DNA of 45,085 nt from a virus (taxonomy: Duplodnaviria; Caudoviricetes). Shown piece after piece: positions 8,177 to 16,267 of this stretch. How positions within the stretch are numbered: the first letter of the stretch is position 1; each line of letters starts with the position of its first letter. The stretch lies in IMG/VR virus record IMGVR_UViG_3300038679_000166, positions 1 to 45,085 of that record; one strand, 5' to 3'. The translations under genes and the position numbers were made by a program. The notes below the pieces were generated by a model, which saw only the letters and a program-made list of their open reading frames with translations, had not been told where the DNA came from and did not search any database.

Positions 8177-8595
8177 ATTCTGCTCCAACGATTGCCGCAC
8201 CGGAAGCACTGATACCCGTCCGATGATCGCCAGATCGAGCTCGAATCACATTCGGTGCAGAGAACAATGCACCCGTCGGTGTCAACGATGATGTCCGGGA
8301 ATTTAGTACCCGGCAGGACGGTGACGGGATCCTGCCGGGCGAGGAGGGTTGTATGCTGCCCGGCCAATCCGGACAGGGGTGATGCCGATGATAAAGCGGG
8401 CAATGGGCAATGGGCAATGGGCAATGGGGAAGAGTCCGGCCCGCCCAGGGGTGAACGGGCCGGTGTGTAATGGGAGGTTACACGGCGCCGAGTGGGTGGC
8501 GCAGCTTTAAGGTCTGGTTGATTGAATAAGGCTAAACACGCTTCTTTGCGGGAGATATCGACGAGGGCGTTAAAATACCGTGCGTATTCTTCCAT
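8173..8595 (-). CDS. Hypothetical protein with C-terminal zinc ribbon and in-frame (GGGCAAT)4 insert
   Basis: CTECDS..YQCFRCG. The repeat at 8398-8428 reads PLPIAHCPLP. Confidence 0.55.
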   Translation of the reverse strand: MEEYARYFNALVDISRKEACLALFNQPDLKAAPPTRRRVTSHYTPARSPLGGPDSSPLPIAHCPLPALSSASPLSGLAGQHTTLLARQDPVTVLPGTKFPDIIVDTDGCIVLCTECDSSSIWRSSDGYQCFRCGNRWSRI

Positions 8596-8849
8596 TAAGA
8601 ATCTCCTTTTATTTGCCGCCCGCTCCCCTTCGAGGACTCCGTTCGCTCGACTGGCACAGACAAAGACGGACGAGAAGCGGGTGGAGAATCTGTTCCGGGA
8701 ATTGACAGTAATTCCCGGAACGCAGGTCGCGCTTGTGTCTGCGTTCGTCTGCGCGTATCTGTGGCAAAATCAGCCCTTTTTACTTCGGGAAAGGCTATAA
8801 ATACGGCGGCTACGACGATGATTGCCAGGATCAGAACAGTCTCATCCAT
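8595..8849 (-). CDS. Hypothetical TM-anchored protein, largely repeat-derived
   Basis: N-terminal TM, GAGGTG RBS and an internal hairpin with repeat arms. Confidence 0.45.
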   Translation of the reverse strand: MDETVLILAIIVVAAVFIAFPEVKRADFATDTRRRTQTQARPAFRELLSIPGTDSPPASRPSLSVPVERTESSKGSGRQIKGDS

Positions 8850-9084
8850 GGCTCACCTCTGAACGTCGGAGTTCGCCGGAGGCGATCAGGTCGCCGAGTT
8901 CTTTCACGGTCGACGTGATCACAAACCGGTAATCGACCTCGACGCCTTTTACGAAGAAAAACCGGCGGTCTTCTGCATCCCTCAGGGCTTGGGCGAGCGC
9001 GGAAAACCTGACGCGGCCTCCGCCTTCAGCGACATCCTGATATGGTGCTCCGGGATAGTTACGTCTAATAGGAATTACGGACAT
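8842..9084 (-). CDS. Hypothetical early protein
   Basis: 80 aa with a TGGAGG RBS. Confidence 0.6.
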   Translation of the reverse strand: MSVIPIRRNYPGAPYQDVAEGGGRVRFSALAQALRDAEDRRFFFVKGVEVDYRFVITSTVKELGDLIASGELRRSEVSHG

Positions 9085-9108
9085 GGGTGCCTCCAGGTCG
9101 TTTTTCGC

Positions 9109-9136
9109 TTGACATTGTGAAATTTTGTGCTATAAG
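9109..9136 (+). promoter_or_regulatory. Sigma70-type promoter antisense to the early operon
   Basis: TTGACA (9109), 16-bp spacer, TG-extended TATAAG (9131). Confidence 0.7.
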
Positions 9137-9139
9137 GAG

Positions 9140-9212
9140 AGCAGGGACAGCAATCAACGTGTGAGGCGGATATGGAAGTTGTTGGAGCAACTTCTGCTGC
9201 CCCTGCTTTTTG
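9140..9212. ncRNA. Candidate structured small RNA (c4/CI- or OOP-like); strand uncertain
   Basis: A 13-bp closing stem (9140-9152 with 9195-9207) encloses two hairpins. The promoter and T-tract favour the + strand, while G-U pairing favours the - strand. Confidence 0.55.
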
Positions 9213-9231
9213 TGTGTTGTGGAAAAGGAGG

Positions 9232-9531
9232 TTAGTCATGGCAGGGATCCTCGATAGCGCCGAGATCGAAATTGTCTGCAAGAAATGCGGACGCAAATCG
9301 AAAAAGAGCGTCGGATGGATAAAGCGTAATCGACACTTTACCTGCGCATGCGGGTGTAGGATGTTGCTTGATGCAGATGGGCTCCTTCGGGAAGTCGGGA
9401 AGGTCGACCGGTCTGTGGACACCCTTCAGCGCGACATTCAGAAGTTGAAGAAATGAGAGAGCGGGAGTTGCGTCGCACTCAAAGTGCAGCCGAACCGTTT
9501 CCTTTTCCATTTTTATTTTGTTATGTTCCAT
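9232..9531 (-). CDS. First ORF of the early operon (Cro position, no recognisable HTH)
   Basis: GAGGTG RBS downstream of the divergent promoter. It fully overlaps the plus-strand Zn gene. Confidence 0.4.
   Translation of the reverse strand: MEHNKIKMEKETVRLHFECDATPALSFLQLLNVALKGVHRPVDLPDFPKEPICIKQHPTPACAGKVSITLYPSDALFRFASAFLADNFDLGAIEDPCHD
9238..9456 (+). CDS. Small zinc-binding protein (CxxC...CxC plus coiled coil)
   Basis: Strong AAGGAGG RBS. IEIVCKKCG..FTCACG pattern is typical of small prophage Zn proteins. Confidence 0.7.
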   Translation: MAGILDSAEIEIVCKKCGRKSKKSVGWIKRNRHFTCACGCRMLLDADGLLREVGKVDRSVDTLQRDIQKLKK

Positions 9532-9532
9532 A

Positions 9533-9604
9533 TTTCACCTCACGTGGAAAGAATAATACACCCTGGGTATATCTTGTCAAGATAAAAATGCACATAAGGT
9601 TTAT
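9533..9604. promoter_or_regulatory. Divergent immunity region: leftward promoter and 17-bp operator-like sites
   Basis: TTGACA on the minus strand at 9575-9580 with TATTAT downstream. Palindrome ATACACCCTGGGTATAT (9556-9572), related ATGCACATAAGGTTTAT (9588-9604) and a weaker site at 9533-9549. Confidence 0.6.
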
Positions 9605-9610
9605 TATTTT

Positions 9611-10066
9611 ATGATTGGTAATCGTTTCAAAGAGTTACGAATCAAAAAAAATATGACTCAATTGGAATTCGGGCGCATCCTGGGTGTATCAAAGAAACAT
9701 ATCTGGGAAATTGAAAAAGATAAAACGAATATTTCCGAGCTCTTATTGGGCGCTGTTTGCGCAAAATTCGGCGTTTCCCAAACATGGCTCACCACCGGCC
9801 AGGGCGAGATGTTCAACCATTCTAAACAAAATCGACCCATTGTAAATGAAGAACTACAACGCTATGAACTCTATCCTTACGATCCGCCAGATCTGGCGGA
9901 GCTAGTTGATAAATTCGTTTACATCATGCGTTCTGACGATACCGTCACAAAAGAGGCGCTCAAGCAGAACGTCATAGCATTTCACGTGTCAGTCCGCCGG
10001 GCAGAGGGAAAACCGACTGAACCAGGGGCAAATGATTTTAAGTCAAAAAGGAAAAGGGCGGTATAG
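9611..10066 (+). CDS. XRE-family HTH repressor (CI-like, no S24 peptidase domain)
   Basis: RFKELR..MTQLEFGRILGVSKKHIWEIEK..WLTTGQGEMF, transcribed divergently from the early operon. Confidence 0.9.
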   Translation: MIGNRFKELRIKKNMTQLEFGRILGVSKKHIWEIEKDKTNISELLLGAVCAKFGVSQTWLTTGQGEMFNHSKQNRPIVNEELQRYELYPYDPPDLAELVDKFVYIMRSDDTVTKEALKQNVIAFHVSVRRAEGKPTEPGANDFKSKRKRAV

Positions 10067-10272
10067 CTGAGGGGTATACCAATGGGGGAGGGGGAACGGC
10101 GAGGAATTATTTGCGCTTGATCGTGAATAACGGTGTTTTGTAAAGATAAAGTATAACCATGGGGGGGGACATTATAATGAGAGAATAGGCAAACCTTTTC
10201 CCCTGCGGGGGCTTCTCCCGCCTTTCCCGCCAGCCATGCCTTTCACGCCTGATTTCATTTCTCCTTGACATT

Positions 10273-10485
10273 TCACGGGGTAGGGGATACTTTACTATTC
10301 ATGACCTGCGAAAAACGCAGCAGAACGAATGCGGAGAGCAGGTTATCCTGGGAGAGCAGGTTATCGGTGATCAGTTTTACCGCCATATATTCCCTCCATG
10401 TAAGCGATGATGCGGCTCCCCGGTCCCACAGGGTATCGCCGAGATCCTCAAATTCCAGTCCGGGCAGATCTTCAAAGGTTGGCAT
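10273..10485 (-). CDS. Hypothetical protein, last of the late operon
   Basis: GAGGA RBS. FEDLPGLEFED resembles the FEDDTTEFED stretch of the tail tip. Internal duplication of GGAGAGCAGGTTATC. Confidence 0.4.
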   Translation of the reverse strand: MPTFEDLPGLEFEDLGDTLWDRGAASSLTWREYMAVKLITDNLLSQDNLLSAFVLLRFSQVMNSKVSPTP

Positions 10486-10494
10486 TCATATCCT

Positions 10495-13400
10495 CTATTT
10501 GAAATTAATCGTATGCTTACCGGTTCCAAACGTGATGCCGTGCGGGCCACCGCCGATCGTTATCCCAAGACAGGCGCCCGTTGTCAGCGATACCTGGGTT
10601 GCCGCACTCACCACCCCCTGGGTGCTCCTGCACTTGATATTGTACGTGGCCGTTGAGCTTGCAGCCTGGCTCGGAAAGGCTATGTGCCGCGTGTTGCCTT
10701 CGGAAAAAACCATCTGGGTCATACTGCCAACAAGAGCATCGGTCGTGCACGTTTCAGAATCGAGACACCAAAAACATGTGGAAGCCTTATCGGTGGTAAC
10801 AGTCAATTTGTTCGTTACCGCGCATCCCTGGTTCACCGTCAGGTTTGTTATAACCGGGGCGTCGGCGTCGTCGTAATCAGCAACCGGTACGTCAAAGTAC
10901 CCAACATCTGACTCGTTGTCGGATTCGTCTTTGCACGCGTAGTAAATACGTTTTGTTGCCGCACACGCCACGGCGGCCAGGGTGTCGGAGTGGTCCTGCG
11001 TCCCTGTGGTGCCGTACGTGTTGGTGAGCGCGGTATAGTTTACCTGCGAGGTTGTGTCCCACTTGCACGTGGCATTTTCGTTTGTTTTAAGCCCGTGGTA
11101 GATCGTGATGCTCTTATCAGCCTCTTCGCAGGCAATCTCAATGATCGGCCTTCGGCATGATGCATACCCGGCGCACGGGTCAGACGGTATCGGGTCATCA
11201 GAGTCGGTCGGGGTTGCTTCCAGATAATCTCCGCTTGCGATGTTCCCCGCATCGTCAGAGCTTATTGCCCGTGTAAAGAATACGAGTTCGTCAATGAACC
11301 CGTTGAAATACATCCCGCTTGCGAAGCTGATTGCCGTGTCGCTGTTTCCGTCGTAGGTTCCGGTAATGTCCGTGCCAACTGCAGCACCATCGGCATCACG
11401 CAGCCGTATCGCATAGGCGCTCGTGCCGTCAAAGCTCGCCGTGAAGTGATACCAGGTGTCTGCGCTGAGGTTTGTGGCATGGGTGTATTCCTGGGACTGC
11501 GCAACATAGTACGTGCCGAGGATAAACTTTACGTTTGTGTTCCCGCCGGTATTTTTCAGCAACACCGCGTGCGTCCAGTCGGTTGAGGTCGAGTTCGTCA
11601 TGGCTGTAATGACCATGGAGTTCCCCGATGCCGGGAGGCTTGCCGCCCTGAACCATCCGGTTATTGAGAATGTTTTGTTTGACGCACCCTCTTTGCCGGG
11701 GAAGGTGTTTGAAAGGCTTGCCCCAGCTATTGTGTACGATTGAGACGATGCGGAAGCTAATGCGGTAGAATACGAACCTTCAGCCTTTGTTCCTGATGAT
11801 GAAGCAGTGTTGTTGTTTGTCAGCGTATTTGTTCCCCTGCTGTCCGTCGTGAGTGCCCCGTCTTCAAATTTATAGAGGGTCACCACGTCTGTATCGGTCA
11901 GGAGCATTGCGTTGTATACCGCTGACGGAGGAACGGGAGGGCTGCCCCGGAGCGGATGGGGGTACGGTAATGGAGTATAATAGGGAAGATCAGACCACTT
12001 CGGAGGGGAACCCTTTTCGCATCGGTAGAGCGATCCTGTCCGTACTTTTGTGGAATGGGTTCCGTCTGTGGTAGCCCCAACGTTTGCCGGCAGCAGTGTC
12101 GTGCAATCCTGATCGGTAACCCAATACGCCGTCCCGGCAATGCATGACCCGGTTGGCTTGGTTGCCCCACACCCGATGCCTGTCAGGCATGCAGAGGTTG
12201 TGCAGCCTGTATTATCTCTCCACCACTCCCTGTTTTCCTTGGGAAGCTGCTCTGGATGATCCGAGCATCTCGCATAGTGGATGCAGGTATCACCGCTATA
12301 TTCCAGGCATGCGCAGGGAGCGGACGATTCACCCTCCACCCCGACATATGTGGATAACGTTGTCCCGGCGTCCCCATATCTGTTTTGAAAAATATAGGTA
12401 TCAGCCACATACTGGGGCTGGTCGTCCGAGGAGCACCTATTTCTGCCAAGGCACGTTGTAAACCCTGGATCAACGCAGGCGTGCTGGGTATTAACGGTAT
12501 AGGTCGTGTCGCACTCATCGCAGGCCCGCTTGATAAGAACCGATGAACCGGCAAGCGTCTTGTTTCCTCCCATATTCTGGGTAAGGTTGTTCCATACCAT
12601 GTTCCTTCCGGCCCTGGTGTGGAGCATCGTTACGCCGTACTGGTAGTAGTCGCCATCCCTCAGGCATTCAGCCAGGGTGTTCCCAACGGTGCAGACAGAT
12701 TCTCCCTTAAAGTAGTTGCCGTAAACCTCGGCGCCGAAAGGAGGGCCTAGGCTAGTATAGGCGCCGTGAACATCATGCGCCCCCTGGCCCTTTGCGCTCG
12801 TGTCATGGTTGTTGTAGGTATTGTACCGGATCACATATCCATTCTGTCCGTTTGAAGACCCTCCCATGTGAATATTGGTGGTCATGTAGAAGTGCCAGGT
12901 ATTGTCCTCCAGGACAAAGGTATCCTGCGTGCCGGGCTTGTACGTCCTGTTTATCCAGTTATAATCGGTGCCGGTGTAGGCGCATGTGTTATTATCGGTG
13001 CCTTCGTCAATTCTCCCAAACGAGAAATTTATGTATGGCTTTCTCGTATAAATTTCATTATTGTAGAATACCCCGTAGACATTCCCGGTCAATGAAATTA
13101 CCTGGTTGTATTGATACGTGCTGTCCCAGTTCGTCCTGAACATGAGAAGATTGTCGTGCACCATAACCGCACGCAGGGGGGTGGTGACGCTCCCGTTTGA
13201 GATTAACAAGAATCCGACCTTATTCGTCGTTTCAGGCTGAATAATCCTAAAACCGCTTACCTCGAATATCTCATCCTCGTCTGCTGCCGCGTCCCTCGTC
13301 TTGAATATCATCTGGGAGGCCGGGAGCCCTTCTCCGTAGTTGATTGCACAGTCATCGCCCCAATCGCTGGTAGGGGTAAACGACACGCCGCTTGCAAAGG

Positions 13401-13695
13401 TCAGTCGTGTTCCTGTAGACTCGGATGTGCCCGCGCCGTTTAGCTTTATCGCCCTGTCCATCCACAGCCTGTCGGTCCACGTGCATGCCCCTGCGCCGAC
13501 CGATACCGTCCCTCCCCTGGCCGTAGCATCAACGGCAGCCTGAACATCTGCGACCGAGCACGTTGCCGGCACGCAGGCATCACAGTTGTGATCCCCCGGT
13601 GAGCACGGAGCGCCGAGCAGGGTACACGTCGGGGCCGCTTCGGCAATACCGCAAAGGGCGAAAATAAGGAATAATGCAACGAGTGTTTTTTTCAT
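10495..13695 (-). CDS. Large secreted-type Cys-rich protein: pectin-lyase-like beta-helix, LamG/ConA domain, Ig-like C-terminus
   Basis: Signal MKKTLVALFLIFALCGIAEA; ADVQAAVDAT..GGTVSVGAG beta-helix cap; LamG motifs FSITGWF, WYHFTAS, FNGFIDELVFF. AGGTG RBS. Confidence 0.7.
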   Translation of the reverse strand: MKKTLVALFLIFALCGIAEAAPTCTLLGAPCSPGDHNCDACVPATCSVADVQAAVDATARGGTVSVGAGACTWTDRLWMDRAIKLNGAGTSESTGTRLTFASGVSFTPTSDWGDDCAINYGEGLPASQMIFKTRDAAADEDEIFEVSGFRIIQPETTNKVGFLLISNGSVTTPLRAVMVHDNLLMFRTNWDSTYQYNQVISLTGNVYGVFYNNEIYTRKPYINFSFGRIDEGTDNNTCAYTGTDYNWINRTYKPGTQDTFVLEDNTWHFYMTTNIHMGGSSNGQNGYVIRYNTYNNHDTSAKGQGAHDVHGAYTSLGPPFGAEVYGNYFKGESVCTVGNTLAECLRDGDYYQYGVTMLHTRAGRNMVWNNLTQNMGGNKTLAGSSVLIKRACDECDTTYTVNTQHACVDPGFTTCLGRNRCSSDDQPQYVADTYIFQNRYGDAGTTLSTYVGVEGESSAPCACLEYSGDTCIHYARCSDHPEQLPKENREWWRDNTGCTTSACLTGIGCGATKPTGSCIAGTAYWVTDQDCTTLLPANVGATTDGTHSTKVRTGSLYRCEKGSPPKWSDLPYYTPLPYPHPLRGSPPVPPSAVYNAMLLTDTDVVTLYKFEDGALTTDSRGTNTLTNNNTASSSGTKAEGSYSTALASASSQSYTIAGASLSNTFPGKEGASNKTFSITGWFRAASLPASGNSMVITAMTNSTSTDWTHAVLLKNTGGNTNVKFILGTYYVAQSQEYTHATNLSADTWYHFTASFDGTSAYAIRLRDADGAAVGTDITGTYDGNSDTAISFASGMYFNGFIDELVFFTRAISSDDAGNIASGDYLEATPTDSDDPIPSDPCAGYASCRRPIIEIACEEADKSITIYHGLKTNENATCKWDTTSQVNYTALTNTYGTTGTQDHSDTLAAVACAATKRIYYACKDESDNESDVGYFDVPVADYDDADAPVITNLTVNQGCAVTNKLTVTTDKASTCFWCLDSETCTTDALVGSMTQMVFSEGNTRHIAFPSQAASSTATYNIKCRSTQGVVSAATQVSLTTGACLGITIGGGPHGITFGTGKHTINFK

Positions 13696-13701
13696 ATTCA
13701 C

Positions 13702-14319
13702 CTACTTGTATAGTTGCAGCATCTGGCATTGTGTAGAGCTTACCGGCATCCAGATAAGATCGGTAGCTGCCCGGTGTGCGTTTTCCGTTGCGCACGTGCC
13801 GTCTTTTCCTAAATACATATATGAGCCGGTTGTGACGGCGCTGGTATAAAATACTGCATGGTATGTCTGCCCGCTGGTTATGGTCGGCTTTGTCCCCACA
13901 TAGTCCCAGCACATCCACTGCCACGTCCCGGTAAGGTTCCCCGTCATGTCTTTTGTTTCAAACGTGCCGTTGGTGATTACGGCGTTTGGCTGGTCCGGGG
14001 TAGGGGTTGTGTTGTTGGAATAGAGGTACGCCGTTACGTTGAAACCGGGGTCGGCGCCCGTATTGCTTTTGGTGTAGGTGCACACCTTGCATATATCGGC
14101 AGTTTCTTCCGCAACAAACATGGATGACGCATAGCGGGTCCCTGACGCAGTCCCGATCTGGAACACGTCAGAGGCGTAGTCTTCTATGCTGGTGGCAAAT
14201 GACACCTTTGTGTTGCACGCGGTCTCGGTCGCGGGAATGCCGCCGACGGCGAAGGTCCCGGCACAGAGAGGGGCTGCCAGAATCACGATAAAGACGATGG
14301 TTAAAAGCAGTTTTTTCAT
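13702..14319 (-). CDS. Secreted-type beta-sandwich protein
   Basis: Signal MKKLLLTIVFIVILAAPLCA, a TITSGQTYHAV pattern and a GAGGTG RBS. Confidence 0.65.
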   Translation of the reverse strand: MKKLLLTIVFIVILAAPLCAGTFAVGGIPATETACNTKVSFATSIEDYASDVFQIGTASGTRYASSMFVAEETADICKVCTYTKSNTGADPGFNVTAYLYSNNTTPTPDQPNAVITNGTFETKDMTGNLTGTWQWMCWDYVGTKPTITSGQTYHAVFYTSAVTTGSYMYLGKDGTCATENAHRAATDLIWMPVSSTQCQMLQLYK

Positions 14320-14321
14320 AG

Positions 14322-14969
14322 TCACCTCGTGCACCCGTAAACATCTATTGACCCATCTACGAAGTTAACATCGGCCGTATCGCAGGAGCTTGTTCCATAA
14401 CAGCTTCGTATCCCTTCCGAAGCATAGTATTCAAATGACCTCACGATTGAACCTCCTTCTATGTTGCATAGCCAGTACGTACCCGCATCAACATCAACCG
14501 GGGAGGCAAGGGTATGCGTTTTGTCCCCGTAGGACGTGCCCCCCATATCCTCATCATTTTTGGCTGAGTCCGTTCCGGTCACGCACGTTGTCCCGTCGGG
14601 CAAATCTGTTCCTGAGCTGTGAGGAAGCAGGCAGATCGTTACTGTCCCGTCGCCTGAATCGTACCTATAGCGGGCTATATATTCGGTAATTGTTATATTG
14701 CTTCCAAGCACATGCTTTGTGCAGGCATATTTCGACCCTCCGCCTGTTGTCCCCGTCCCGAGGTAGTTTATCTGTACGGAGTCGCTCGCTGTGGTACAGG
14801 CACCGTCACCGTCATTGTAGGTACAGCCATCGAGCGTGTCTATTGAAGCCCCTGCAACCCCGTTTATCGTGGCTATGGATGAGTCTGCCACCCCGTCGAC
14901 AGTTGCGGCATTTCCACCAAATAGTGTGGCCGGGAGGATTAAGGATAAGAGTAAAAGTAAAACTATCAT
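14322..14969 (-). CDS. Secreted-type protein with N-terminal (T-I/V-x-G-V) repeats
   Basis: Hydrophobic leader, TVDGV/TINGV/TLDG repeats and a VDVDAGTYWL pattern like the downstream gene. Confidence 0.6.
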   Translation of the reverse strand: MIVLLLLLSLILPATLFGGNAATVDGVADSSIATINGVAGASIDTLDGCTYNDGDGACTTASDSVQINYLGTGTTGGGSKYACTKHVLGSNITITEYIARYRYDSGDGTVTICLLPHSSGTDLPDGTTCVTGTDSAKNDEDMGGTSYGDKTHTLASPVDVDAGTYWLCNIEGGSIVRSFEYYASEGIRSCYGTSSCDTADVNFVDGSIDVYGCTR

Positions 14970-16195
14970 TCAAGCACCGTCACGGTAAGAGAAGGCATGA
15001 CCAGGATGCTGTCGGCGTGGATAGCAATACCTATTCTCTGCACCCCGTTTCCCGAACCTATGTCTCCCACTGTTGCCGTCAAAGCACCAGCTCCGCTGTC
15101 GTCAACATAAATTATCCCTCCCGGCGTCCAGGCCCATGAGGTGTTCGTGACTGATCCATGGGTGAGGATTGTGCATGTTGCAGCTGCATTTCCACCTACT
15201 ACCGCAATCCCTATGGCCGGCAGAAGTGTTGCCGGTGTATCGGCATTTGCAAGGGCAACTTCTCCATCACCGTTGATAACTACCGGCTGACCTAACGCTA
15301 TGGTTTCGTGGCAGGTAAAATCCATGACGATCCCCGAGTAATGGGCGGTCGTTGCGTTCTTGGATATCTTTATTTTCGGCTCAATCGTCCCATTGCCAAA
15401 TGTCTCTGACCATGCAGGATTTGCGGCTGACCCGCCGCTGAATAATCCCTGGCCGGCTGTTCCCGTTGCAAGTGAATCTAACACCGCCGGCGTGTTGCTG
15501 TCCCACAGGGCAAGGGCGTAATTAGTACCACCGGTAACTGACGCTGCGCTTAGCGAACTCATGGGAGCCATTGTCCCGTCAGTTCCGACGCCAACGGGCC
15601 TCGTGCTGTCTGGGAGCGCAGAAAACCAGGTAACGTTAAACGACGCATCTATCGTTGTTGGCGAGTTTATGCAAAAGTACGTTGAGTTTCCGACGGAGTA
15701 GAAACATGATTTCCCTGCCGTCGTCGACCCGTCGCCCTTGAGATCTAGCTGGCCCCTGATCTCGGCGCCGGAGCCGAAGATCTTGGCCAGCTTCCAGCGC
15801 TTGTTGCCGGCGTTGGCGTCGGGGGTGATGGTGTCGGGGGATGCCTCGGCCGGAGGATCCGACACGTAGTTCTCCAGGCGGTAAGGGTAGAACTCATACG
15901 TTCCGGAGTTGTCCCGGAAGACGAACCCGGAGTCGCCGCCGGTGAGGTTGTCGCCGTCGATGGCGTCGAGAAAGCCGGCAGACCCCCCTTCCAGGTCGAT
16001 GGCCCACCACATCTTGTTCGCAGCGAAGGCGGAAGGAAAAAGGTTAAAGGTTAAAGGTGAAAGGTGAAAGGGGCAGGGTGCAAGGGGAAAGGTTAAAGGT
16101 AAAAAGATAAGAAGGACAAAAAAGACACAGGCAAGATTGCCGCGCTTCGCTCGCAATGACACCTTTTTTATTGTATCAATTATTTTATTTTTCAT
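14966..16195 (-). CDS. Tail-fibre-like protein with a repeat-derived signal-like leader and capsid-cement-like C-terminus
   Basis: Leader ends in AFA. GGSAGFLDAIDG..PDANAGNKRWKL domain. C-terminus ETIALGQPVVI..AIGIAV..WTPGGIIYV..QRIGIA. Confidence 0.6.
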   Translation of the reverse strand: MKNKIIDTIKKVSLRAKRGNLACVFFVLLIFLPLTFPLAPCPFHLSPLTFNLFPSAFAANKMWWAIDLEGGSAGFLDAIDGDNLTGGDSGFVFRDNSGTYEFYPYRLENYVSDPPAEASPDTITPDANAGNKRWKLAKIFGSGAEIRGQLDLKGDGSTTAGKSCFYSVGNSTYFCINSPTTIDASFNVTWFSALPDSTRPVGVGTDGTMAPMSSLSAASVTGGTNYALALWDSNTPAVLDSLATGTAGQGLFSGGSAANPAWSETFGNGTIEPKIKISKNATTAHYSGIVMDFTCHETIALGQPVVINGDGEVALANADTPATLLPAIGIAVVGGNAAATCTILTHGSVTNTSWAWTPGGIIYVDDSGAGALTATVGDIGSGNGVQRIGIAIHADSILVMPSLTVTVLE

Positions 16196-16266
16196 TTTCT
16201 CATCTCCTTTAACCTTTCTCCTTATACCTTTAACCTTGTACCTTTCCCCTTTAACCTTTAACCTGC
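16033..16266. repeat. Split AAGG-heptamer element enclosing a REP (16135-16160), an RBS and a start codon
   Basis: AAAGG arm at 16033-16106 inside the CDS. CCTTT arm at 16205-16266 is intergenic. Confidence 0.8.
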
Positions 16267-16267
16267 C

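Noticed and set aside
10205-10225. GC hairpin as a terminator between convergent units
   Set aside because: It lacks a clear U-tract on either strand.
10265-10876. Plus-strand 203-aa ORF behind a TTGACA-17-TACTTT promoter-like sequence
   Set aside because: It overlaps the 1068-aa gene antisense and has no RBS or motifs. An antisense promoter remains possible but is unsupported.
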